Below are positions 25,945 to 36,200 of a stretch of DNA of 64,000 nucleotides, piece after piece. The translations under genes were made by a program, and so were the position numbers. Numbering within the stretch: position 1 is the stretch's first letter; each line of letters begins with the position of its first letter. A model generated the notes under the pieces. The model saw only the letters and a list, made by a program, of their open reading frames with translations. It was not told where the DNA came from and ran no database searches. Origin of the DNA: Podarcis muralis (taxonomy: Eukaryota); the NCBI RefSeq assembly GCF_964188315.1, contig NC_135660.1:52328001-52392000 (forward strand), read 5' to 3'.

Positions 25945-25981
25945 CTTTCAGTTGTTTCTTCATTTTTCTTTTTTAATTTAC
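25945..25981 (-). CDS. FAM204A: FAM204A coding exon 3 (37 nt, (G)KLKKKNEETTE(S))
   Basis: Acceptor tactttctttcttcag|GTAAATTA; donor GAAAG|gtattt. Phase 1 to 2 exactly bridges the flanking exons; corresponds to the short DKLKNEKELH exon. Confidence 0.88.
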
Positions 25982-26089
25982 CTGAAGAAAGAAAGTACTT
26001 TAAGTTATTGTATTTGTTATAAATTCCTGTTCACTCTGACTTTTAGTAAATTTAATACATGAAACAACTGTTGTTATCACACATCTCAG

Positions 26090-26570
26090 ATGCAAGTTTT
26101 GTGTACAAGTTCTCCTAGTGAGTAATGAAGTGACACACAATTAACTCACCTGTGTCACCACTATAGCACTCTATTACTTTCTTTATAAGGGCAAACAATC
26201 CTTTCTGAGTTCTCGCCATGGTTGGTGCTCTATCTATGGCAAGGCCACTAAGGTTGTTAAACATCAGCTTCCATCTATTGGACTGCAGACATAACTTTCT
26301 GAAAAGTATCTTCTCCTTTGGCAGCATCACTCATTGCTGCCACAAAACGAGCAAGTCCTCTCTAGTTTCAAAATCTGATGAGATTTCCATGCACAAAATT
26401 GCCACTGGCCAGTGTTGGCTATGTCAGTTGTCTCATCAATTGCTGATGAACAGAAAACAAATTCCAATACAACTATTATCATCTGCCAAATCATTAATTT
26501 TCTTACACAGTCTGATGGAATGATATCATATTTTCACATAAGGAGAGCGTCTCTGGAACCAATATTGCAA
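26090..26570 (-). pseudogene. Decayed hAT (Charlie/SPIN/GTF2IRD2-like) transposase fragment
   Basis: Across frameshifts and stops on - strand: AIDETTDIANTGQ, EISSDFETREDLL, AKGEDTFQKV, LSGLAIDRAPTM...GLFAL, ELIVCHFITH*ENLYTKL. These parallel the hAT motifs ALDESTD..TAQL, GEDIF, TDGAP.M and HCIIHQE.LC.K in the correct order. Confidence 0.75.
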
Positions 26571-27264
26571 CATTTCTAAACAGGCAATCTTTCACAAATT
26601 CTCCCTCTGCTCATTGCTTCAGGCAACCTCTGGCTCTCCCTCTGCTGTTGGCTTTTGGCTGCTCCCATCACAGCTCATATCTGATTGGCTTCCTGTCATT
26701 TCATGCTTTGGCTGCTCCAGTCAGAGATCACATCTCTTTGGGAGCAAAGCTACAGGAAGCACCAAGGGCAGAGGTTAATAGGCAGAGGTAAGTGTGGTGG
26801 AAGTGCACTCAATAAGAAAGAGGCAGTGCAGCAACTATTCTATGCACTTCTGGTAACACCCACAATTATTATTTTTTTACAGCGAACAGTGGTTCTAGCA
26901 CAGTGGCAAGTAGGAAGAAGGTTCACTAAGGTCAGAAAAAATAGCTGATGCCTCCCCCCCCCCCCCAGGGGGCTGGACGGTCACCCCTGTCACAGAGCAC
27001 AATATAATCTCATTTCTCCCTTTTCTACAGAGGTGCACATACATCCATAGCAATGTGCTGGAATGTGTCTGATTTTACAGGGAATTGGAGGTCTATACAC
27101 ACCTCCAATACACATATAACAAACAGTTTGGTCTGAGTAGCTGTACGTGCATGCTGTGGAGAGAGGGGAGGAGAACAGGACTGTCTTATATTCCACTGGA
27201 ATCCCTCTGTATATAGTGCTACAACTGCATCAGACTGGATTGAGACTGTACTATTCTCATTGTA

Positions 27265-27514
27265 CAGTGGTACCTTGGTTGTTGAACGCTTGGCTCCTGA
27301 ACAAATCGGCTCCCAAACGCCGCAAACACGGAAGTAAGTGTTCTGGTTTGTAAACATTTTTTGGAAGCTGGACTCCAGACGCGGTTTCTGTGGCTTCCGA
27401 TTGAGTGTAGGAAGCTCCTGCAGCCAATCAGAAGGCACACCTTGGTTTTTGAATGGTTCCGGGAGTTGAACGGACTCCCAGAATGGATTAAGTTCAACAA
27501 CCAAGGTACCACTG
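27265..27514. mobile_element. Tc1/mariner-type MITE (second subfamily)
   Basis: TA|CAGTGGTACCTTGGTTGTTGAAC ... GTTCAACAACCAAGGTACCACTG|TA, 23-bp TIRs. Confidence 0.9.
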
Positions 27515-27587
27515 TATCTTAAATAGATATCCAAAGCATACACAACTGAGAATAAGCTCTAGTCAACTGTGGAACTTACATGTATAA

Positions 27588-27698
27588 TTACTGTGGTACA
27601 AAATAACTATTTGATGTTATTGTTACTGTGGTACAAAATAACTATTTGATATTATTCTTACTGTGGTACAAAATAACTATTTGATGTTATTCTTACTG
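27588..27698. repeat. Minisatellite, 35-bp unit x ~3.2
   Basis: TTACTGTGGTACAAAATAACTATTTGAT(G/A)TTATT(G/C), starting at 27588, 27623, 27658 and (partial) 27693. Confidence 0.95.
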
Positions 27699-28740
27699 AT
27701 CTACACAACCCCTTCATACTCAGATCCAAATGATTTATATAGAAGTCAGTTCTACTGGCTTCAGTTAAACATGTCTCAGTGTACCAGCCCTAACCCAAAG
27801 ACATCTCCCTGGTGGTGGTGGTGGTACATGGACTAAGTTTCTTCGTTTCCCCAATCAGCACATCAATTCTGCCATCATGCTGCTGCCTAGTTCCTCCAAC
27901 AGAGCGCTTTTTAATGCATAGAGGTATGATTTCAAAGGGGCAAGATGTGAGCATAAACCAGTTTTCCCACAGAGAATAATTATGATGGAGACAACTAAGC
28001 TTAGTAGGATGGTTTGGGCACAGAGGTTTGGAGAGCTGAATCACATAGTAATCTACAAAAACCTAAGCGCTAGTTCAAATGCCACCCTGAAAAGGCATTA
28101 ATAATTAAAATGCTGAATTGCCTAAGAATAAAAATACACATGAGAACCACTGGGGTTTAATTAGGAGTAGTGTACAAGACCCAAACTTGAAATTAAATCC
28201 CTGCTCAGTCAACTGGGAGTCTGTGGGCAAGTCACTCTCTCTCGCTTTGGTTCTCCAATAAAACTAGAATGACCTATGTAATGCGGTCGCAGAAAGAATA
28301 AATGACAAACACTGTACAGCAGCACTACATAAATGGGCCAAGATTCAAAGAGCTATTTCTGACATGCCCAAAGGCCTTTGGCATTTTCTTTGAAGTATAG
28401 TCCCTCCTGCCTTACTACAAACTGCTTTTAAAATTGCTCTCAGATTTAATAATCTGCTTGTGGCATGTGCGCTGCTGTTCTGGAAAGATGTCCTTTGGAT
28501 ACCTGGAACTAGTTGTGTTCTCTGGATCCTGACCATAACAAATAATGTTATTTATGTTTTATACCTCTGAATCACAACCAAATTATAGAAAAATCCCCAA
28601 GTTCAATATTCCACAACATATGCGTTGTCACTACCGCCACCTTATCCGTGCTTTAACCATTTTTGGACTCAATTAAGCACAATGTTTTCAGCTATTAAAC
28701 AACAACATTTCCCAAGACTTCTGTTAATAAAGCAGAACAC

Positions 28741-28831
28741 CTTTTCTGGAACGCTTTCTCTTTCCCCTCCTGTCACTCTGACTGACTTGGATTTTCATTT
28801 CAAAGTTTTTCTTTTGCAGGCTCTGAAATTT
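28741..28831 (-). CDS. FAM204A: FAM204A coding exon 2 (91 nt, KFQSLQKKNFEMKIQVSQSDRRGKRKRSRK)
   Basis: Acceptor tttttctctttcaacag|AAATTTCAG; donor AAAAG|gtgttc; phase 0 to 1. Matches recalled KFQELHKK...RGKRRKRSRK; basic NLS-like cluster. Confidence 0.95.
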
Positions 28832-30017
28832 CTGTTGAAAGAGAAAAACACATACTGAGAAACACTGTGTTCTTTTGTTTGCTTTTACAGTGAAGTCACT
28901 GAATGTACAAAATCAACTTATTTCAGAAATCTACTGTATAAAACACTCTCGATAGAAGCAAGCTGCATTCAAAGGTCCAAAATGGCAAGGATCAGAGCCC
29001 GCAGACCCTAAAATGGACAGGGAACTCCCAAGCAACATGGACTTCCTTATTCATGGTAACTGCTGCATGAGTGCAAGGGAAATGTGTATGCTGTTAATGA
29101 CATGGCAGTGAAAAGGAAAAACAATACATGCACAGCATCTCTATGCAGTTAACTCAGCTTCAACACATGCAAGCCGCCTCAGGACTACACTGACAGTCTA
29201 CACAGATCTCTATGTGATTTATTCCACTTCCTGAATTAACTATGCAGGCATATTTTTCGGAGTCAAATTCAACCTTCTGCATAAAGGCTGGAACCCAAAA
29301 AGATCCCTTAGCATACCTAAAGGTTTGGGCATAGTCAAGGAGATTTACTTTTTTTTCTTTGAAAAACAGACTGCCTCACCATGCCATATCATAAACTGCT
29401 TCTGAACCCCTCCAGGTGTGAAAAGTGTTCATTATATGGCATGAGGAGCAGCTGCTTCAAATACCTAATTCCCAAATCCATTTGGACATGCAGAATTGCT
29501 TGAGCTGTTTTCTGGACTCGGAGAAGATATAAAACAAATATGAAATATGTTGAAAAACAAAGTACGAATACTCAAGGATGGTCAGGTTATAATTGCTGGA
29601 AGATATAGCAAAGGAGATGGCAGAGTGTGCATTTTAGGAAACTTTGATAAAGATCAACAGACAGTAGCCAAACCTGCTTACTAAATCAAGCCTCAAGTTT
29701 CCATACATGATTTCCAGACGCAAAACCAGAACTTGATAAACCATGGTAACACCAGCACACATCTTGAGAAATCATCACACCTCCCTCCATTCCTATTTAA
29801 GTGAGCAACCTTTTGGACAATGATATTAAAACAAAACCCAGAAGTTTCTTCTCCATAGGTGAAGAAGCTTAATATGGAGACTGTGTTCAATTTAACATAA
29901 TTTTACTTCTTGTTTCAACCTGTTCTTTCAAAAATGATTACCTACGTAAGCATCAGCTACAAGAGCTACTACACCAAACACAGTATCAGTCATGTGCAGA
30001 GTTGTAATCATACCTAC

Positions 30018-30281
30018 TTTCCACATATCTAATGAAACTCCAGAAGGACATGTTTGGAATTCCTGTCCTTCATCTGCCACTGCTGTAAAAGGATTGCCTT
30101 CAGTGATACTTTCAGGTTCCTGAATCTCAGAGCTAGAAGACAGAACGCCTTTCAAATCCTTTTGTTCTCTTTTCTCTTTTAAGATGGACTCAGGCCCAGG
30201 CCCATCCCATGTTCCTTCATCATCAGAACTCGTGTCAACATCACTTTCATTCACACCAGGAGGTAACAGTCCACTCCACAT
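30018..30281 (-). CDS. FAM204A: FAM204A coding exon 1 (ATG at 30281; 264 nt, MWSGLLPPGVNESDVDTSSDDE...CPSGVSLDMWK)
   Basis: The N-terminus MWSGLLPPG.NESD and CPSG..DMW match FAM204A as recalled (human MWSGLLPPGLNESD...CPSGIPIDMWN). Acceptor tgtacctag|AG-ATG (exon starts 30283); donor AAA|gtaggt at 30017; phase 0. Confidence 0.96.
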
Positions 30282-32244
30282 CTCTAGGTACATAATGAAA
30301 GATAACATACACATTATCACTGTGGAAAAATCTTTAACAAAGTTATTTAAAATGTCTTTAGGGCTTTTGCTGTCTCTTCAGCAGCAATGAAAACAGAGTC
30401 AGAACTTCTTGTGCATCTTACTTCTTAACTATTCATTCATCAATGTCAAAGTGAATTCAGATTTTCTAAGATCCAAGGAAACAGAATGTGAAAACAAATC
30501 CTTTGGACATAAAAAGAGAATTAGAAAAATACAATATTACAAAAATAATCATTTTTTTTTATTTGAAGTTTTAAGTGGCTTACACAGGCTTATTAGAATT
30601 AATGTCCAACATCTTACTGTTTATCAAACAGGCAGTTTATGCAACTACACTGAGCAGTGGTTTTATATGTATATTATGATGATGAATTTTGGCAGGGTCT
30701 GGCAGCCATAATCCATAACTGTATGATACCGGGGCAGGGGTGTGTGGCAGTGGCACATGTGTAAGGGCAAAAGAAAAGACCCATAAGTCAAATATACTTA
30801 TAGTAGTGACATGAGACTGCCCACTGGTGCAGCACTGGGGACCCCAGGATTAGATCAGATGCTTTAAACTTTCTTCATTTGGGTATGTTTTTCGAGATTG
30901 GGTGAAAAAACAGTATTCCAAATGTGGCCACAAACAGATTTTCAAATAAGCCAGGTTTGGCAGGGTATGCTGCCAACTGTATCCTGTCCTGACCAGCGAC
31001 ACTACTCTCTGTCTGCCACTCAATGCTCCCTTTTGCCAGTTGGGAACAGGATTATAAAGTCACCCTGATCTTCTTCCTCCTGCTTTTCTATGGATCTGAT
31101 ACCAGGAGAAGGATGAGAGCTGTTTCCTTCTGAGCAGCCACCCACCCCAGCCTTAAAAACAGAGCACAAAGCTGTGCATAGTACAAATGGCCCTCATTTT
31201 TTCCATTAGATGTCTGGGGGCTGCCCATTCTCAGGTGGCTTTCATAAGTCAGGGCACTGTCTACACAGCAGCCTTCCCTGGGCTTCTTGGTGGCTTCTCC
31301 CTTCGGTTCTATCAAGATGCCAACTCTGTGAATAATGGCAGGTTGTAGGCCACTCTACCTGGCATCAGATGAAGGTCATCAACAGCAGATATGATAAACC
31401 AGTTATTTTCATTCCATTTCCTAATAATCCCCAGAACAGATTTTGCATTTTCCACTTCTGCTGCATGTAATTTTTTCTTGATTTTCTCATTTTATCTTTT
31501 TGTAAATGACTTTGAGAGTGCTAACAATCAAGCAGTGTATAAATTTTATGAAATAAACACCATGTTTATGTTTTTATTTCCTGCAATATGATGAAGAAAA
31601 GGCACTCTGCTGCAGATTCTCAGTCTCTGGTGTCGCACACTTATATTCAGGAGTATTCTAATTTGTATCTGTAAAATGTTGGAAGTATACGTGGATATCT
31701 GTGCTGTTTGAAGTTCATTTTACTCTCTACTATGTCTTAATATGTTGGATTCTGTGCAATCATATACTGTACACCATTCCTTAGGAGTAAGGCCTACTGA
31801 AGCCAGCGAGGTTCACCTCTCAATAAAAACGCACAGGGCCTGGTTTTCTTGCTGAAGGAGCTGTACTTAAACTAACAGACCATTTCCTAACTCATGACCA
31901 TTTCCTAACTCAGAATTCAACGGGACTTACTCCCAGGTAAATGAGGTTAGGACTGTAGCTAAGTTACTATCCTCTGTACGCTTATTTTCCCTGATCCATG
32001 TCCAGCTGTATCTCTCTGAACTTCAGAGTTCCCCAGCTATAAGACAGGATTTTAAGCTTAAGAATGCAGCTGTAACAACTAGCTGTTCTTTAAAACTTGC
32101 AAAATAAAATAAAATAAAAACATTTCCTGCCATAGATTCAGCATCTAATCTTGGCCTAATCCGGGGTGGAGGAACCTCTTAACATTCCAGATGTAGCTTG
32201 GCTGCAGCTTTCACCATCCTTCAGCCTTGGCCATGCTAGTCCCA

Positions 32245-32590
32245 ACATTCTCCTTCGTGTGCCTCCTCCTCAAGAGGTCCGGAGGGTGGCAACATGAAAA
32301 TGGGCCTTCTCTGCAGTGGCTTCCGATCTGTGGAATGCTCTCCCCAGGGAAGTTCGTCTGGCGCCTTCATTATAAACCTTTAGGCGCCAGGCAAAACCAT
32401 TCCTTTTTAACCAGGCCTTTGGTTGATCTGATTGACATCCTATGCCCTTTTAAAATGGGGGGGGGGGTGCTATTGGGTTGTTGTTTTTAGTTTTATTAGG
32501 TACTTTGTGGTTTTATATCTTGATTTTATTCTATGAACTGCCCTGAGATCCCCAGGTATAGGGCGGTATATAAATTCAATAAATAAATAC
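32245..32590 (+). mobile_element. L2 LINE 3' end, apparently inserted into a hAT MITE
   Basis: GCCTTCTCTGCAGTGGC...TGTGGAATGCTCTCCCC...GGGCGGTATATAAATTCAATAAATAAATA. MITE-like halves on either side (~32160-32240, and AACATCTGGAGGACCA at ~32593). Confidence 0.65.
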
Positions 32591-32968
32591 TAAACATCTG
32601 GAGGACCAGATTCCCTATCTCCTATCTAACAGGCACAGCTCAGGGTTGCATCTTCTATGCAGCACCTCTCTGCAGTGCTGTGAAATACGTTATTCTAGGA
32701 GCCCGGTTAAGACTGTGGCGATCGATTCACGAGAGTTTCCATGCCCTTTCTACAGGGCTGGAAGTAAAACCACAAAGCTACCTTCGAGAAGGGCAGGTGC
32801 CGTTATGGGGCTCCTCCTGCCTGGCGCGATCTTCGGTGCTGGCGATTTGCACTGCCTTGTCATTAAAGTGCAAGAAAAGGGACTGGCATGGGAGAAAAAA
32901 GCACCCGTTTTATTGGCAGCATACTACTCGTAAGCAAGGCAAGCTTCACAATCGCCCACCTCCCTTAC

Positions 32969-33025
32969 CTGGGAGCACACCCTACTGAACTCTATGGGAC
33001 TTCTACAAAGCGCGTAAACCTGCGA
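32969..33025 (-). other. FAM204A: Candidate 57-nt non-coding exon 2 of FAM204A
   Basis: Acceptor ctcttcctctctccag|TCGCAG and donor CCCAG|GTAAGG; no ATG inside; would leave a 146-nt first intron. No transcript evidence. Confidence 0.45.
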
Positions 33026-33171
33026 CTGGAGAGAGGAAGAGCTCACAGCCTCCCTCGGCCAACCTGAGGAGGAAAGCTCCCCCGGCCTCCCTTCAAAAAC
33101 TCTGCCCCAATAACGTCGTACAGGCCGGAGAAGAACCGCCGCCGGCGCCTCACTCTTCTCGCCTCACTTAC

Positions 33172-33250
33172 CCCCCGCACTTGTTTACATCGCGGCCATC
33201 TTGAAACTCCCTCGCACAGCCCGCCCTCGAAAGAACTGGCTCCGCCCCTC
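33172..33250 (-). other. FAM204A: Probable non-coding first exon of FAM204A (5' end approximate)
   Basis: Inside the CpG island; consensus donor GGG|GTAAGT at 33171; just downstream of CCAAT/GC boxes. The TSS cannot be fixed from sequence alone. Confidence 0.7.
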
Positions 33251-36200
33251 AGCCAATCCGCGCTCCTCGGCTCGGCGGTCCCCATAGCAACCATCCGCCG
33301 AAGCGGGGAGGGGTGGGGTTTGTCGATCCAAAGGCTGCAGTCCTAATAGCTTTCTCACAAAACTTCCGGGTTTCGTTTCTGTAGCCTTTCAGGCGTGAGG
33401 TGAAAGTGACAGAGGAGCTGGTGTAAACCATTCAGATAAAGAAAGCAGCTTCTTTTCGATACATTGCACCCCCGAAATTCAAAAACGAGGACCGGTGTTG
33501 TTGTTTTTAAGGGTGAAATTCAGGAGGTGCGATGATGATGAAGCAGAGAAGAAAAGAAATTAAAAAATCAACTGGTGAAGACAGCCGAGAGAGCTTTAAG
33601 AACTTTTACAGGCTGCCTTTTGCATTGGTGATGTTCAAAACATCGTTGCCATCACCACCAGGAGCGGCCAGTTAGCTAATGGGTCCAAATAATTGGTTTC
33701 CTTCAAGAGTCCCTAAAGTTGGGCCACCACTACCTTCTCAAGCACTTTCTTCCAAAAGAGAGTAAATAGGAGGCAATTGTCAAATGCTTCTGCATCCAGG
33801 GTGGTCTTTTCAGAAACAGTTGCACAACCTCCGCTTTAAAGGTAGCAGGCACTTAATGACACATTCTCCACACTCTGGACCCACCAGTTCAACACATACA
33901 CAGAAACATACAATTGTTAGTTCAAATTGGCCACAACAGTAGTCCACGTATCTTAAATGCTTGGTGTCTGATCTATTTATTGAAGTCAGTAGAGCTAACA
34001 TCCTTTCTCATTTTAAATTCTGGTCTTGGTATTCATTCAAACAATCATTTATATGAGTGAAAGAGTCATGTGCCATGAATTCTCCCAAACACAAAACAAA
34101 GCACCGTAATTAAAGCACAGGCTGTGGAGTTATTAATGCTGCTACTGGAAATTTTAATGCCACAAACGATAAAAAGGCAGGGTGTTGTGCAAATCATACA
34201 TCTGTGCCAGTATGCACTTTAATCCACCCACCTGCGCCGTAGCAGAGTGTGTGATACACAAAAGAACATTAGCAAACCAGACCACATTTTTCAACAAGGG
34301 GAAAAAATGAGAGTTGATCATGCCTATGGTGGTGCTGTTGCTACTGGGCAACATGCTTATTTAGCACTCACTACAGTCCATATAGGAAAATGAAAACTCT
34401 GATCCTAAACCTCCACTGCCTTCAGAAGATGAAAAAGCTAAGGAGTAAACCCTACACAAATCTGGAGTAGAGTCCCTAAGATGGCTGGATGGTACACCTC
34501 CTTCTGGCAGCTACAGCCAAGCTACTGCCAAACGTATTGCTCTGCTTTCCTTTGGACCACATCAGTGAGGCTGAGAGTGGATCTTATTGTCTGGGCAGCC
34601 CAGGACCTCCACACACACTGCCCAGGCTTGTGCTCCAGAGAGGTCACTTCGGTGCTGATAACACAGTGGTTTGTCTTTACCCCTAGAGGTGCACTCCATT
34701 GTCTCTCAAGACAGACTGATGCCACCACCAACAACAACAACATATCATGTCTATTTGGCCTGCTTGGCAAAAAAACAAAAACAAAGGGGAAACTGGGTGG
34801 GGGAACAACTAAGGAAATGGTTCTACAAAATAAAAGGCAGTCATGCAGACAATGGTGTTAAACTGGAACTAGAATTGCTTCATTTGCAGCTGTGTCATAT
34901 TGTCATATGTGTCATATTGGTGCTTTATGGACGGGTTGTTGCCCAATGACACAATACATATTCATGCAAAGAGTTCTAGGTTCAATCTCTTGCATCTCCA
35001 CTTAGGAAAGATACCTGTTGGGAACCACTGCCAGTCAATATAGACAATGCTGATGTAGATGGACTAGTGGCATAAGATAGTTTCCTAACATCTTCTGAGA
35101 AATCGAAACATCCAGGCTTTGTCCCATCCCTGTCATTTTTATCTGATGAAATCTCCAGCAGATAATAAAAATAATAATTATTGGCTAGTAGGTGTATCAG
35201 AGCAGAGGAATGCTACCAGACTGACAGGGAGAGATTCAAAGGTGGACGAAGCAGGTGGATGAAGCAGGGCCCCCCACCCCCACTTCTCCCCACTCCCTGC
35301 ACTTCTGCAGAGAGCACCTTCCTCCGTCACATGCAACTAAGGGCAGGTCTCCCTCCCCCCTTTCCCCCACCTGCTCACCTCTCACCCCCTGCCTGTGCTC
35401 AAGAAGTTTCTGCCTGCTCACTCGCCTCTCCTCCCTACCTCACCTGCCAACCACTCGCCTCTCCTACTGTTCAGACTGCCTGCCTGCCTGCCTTTCCCCA
35501 CATGCCTTGGCTTAGAAACACCTGAAAATGGTACCAAACCTAGGAGGCAATCTGGGAAAAGAGGGTGGTGCCCAGCTGGGGGGAGGTGGCTGCCCAAGGA
35601 AGGGAGGAGAGAGGGAGGTGCCAACTTGTAGAAAATATTGAGGGGTCCAGCCCCCTTCAATATTTTATTGGAGGGGGCAAAGGGACCAAGGCGCCATAGA
35701 ATTGGTGCCTATGGTCCAGATAGGGGGGCAGCTGGGCCATCAGTCAAAAGTGATGGAAGGCACTCCACACCACTGAGGCCATCTGAGCCTCAAGTGACAG
35801 CAAAGGATTCTGGAGTACCCCAAGCTACGTACCTCAACAGGCCACCTCCCATCCATCCAGTCTAGGGAACCACCCACTAACAATGCCTGGAGATAGCTTT
35901 AATAGTCTGGAGGTAACCTTCGTTGTTCTTGTAAAACTTCTGATTCTTTCTGTCTCATTCACAGTAGTTATCCAACCCACAGGACTGGTAAGCAGAGTGC
36001 TTCTGAAGCATGGCTGCTCAGTCTCCTCTCTCCACCATTATATGTTCCTCTGAAATCATATGAGAATTTTGACCATCCCTACCCATCCATCTTTCCCCTC
36101 TGTTTCTTGTTCCACAAAGAAATGTTGATAATCTGAGCAAAAACAGTTCTGATATCATAAGGATCACAGCTGAGTTCATTTTACTTGTTATATTATAACA

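Larger units (their letters stand above)
32700..33520. promoter_or_regulatory. CpG-island promoter of FAM204A
   Basis: Sharp rise in GC and CpG against the AT-rich flanks. YY1-type GCGGCCATCTTG (33192-33203), GC box CTCCGCCCCT (~33240), CCAAT (~33254), ETS/GABP ACTTCCGG (~33362). Confidence 0.85.

Noticed and set aside
27588-27698. 35-bp direct repeats as a CRISPR array (also the 52-bp repeats at 56845-57000)
   Set aside because: The units are contiguous with no unique spacers, there are no cas genes, and the context is a vertebrate intron or MITE.
29470-29685. + strand frame PNPFGHAELLELFSG...GRVCILGNFDK, superficially like a methyltransferase motif I
   Set aside because: Internal stop, no further motifs, antisense within a FAM204A intron; similarity limited to LELFSG.
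33043-33431. Minus-strand ORFs over the CpG island as FAM204A N-terminal extensions
   Set aside because: They are stop-poor GC-rich frames crossing the exon-1 donor; the conserved protein starts at 30281.
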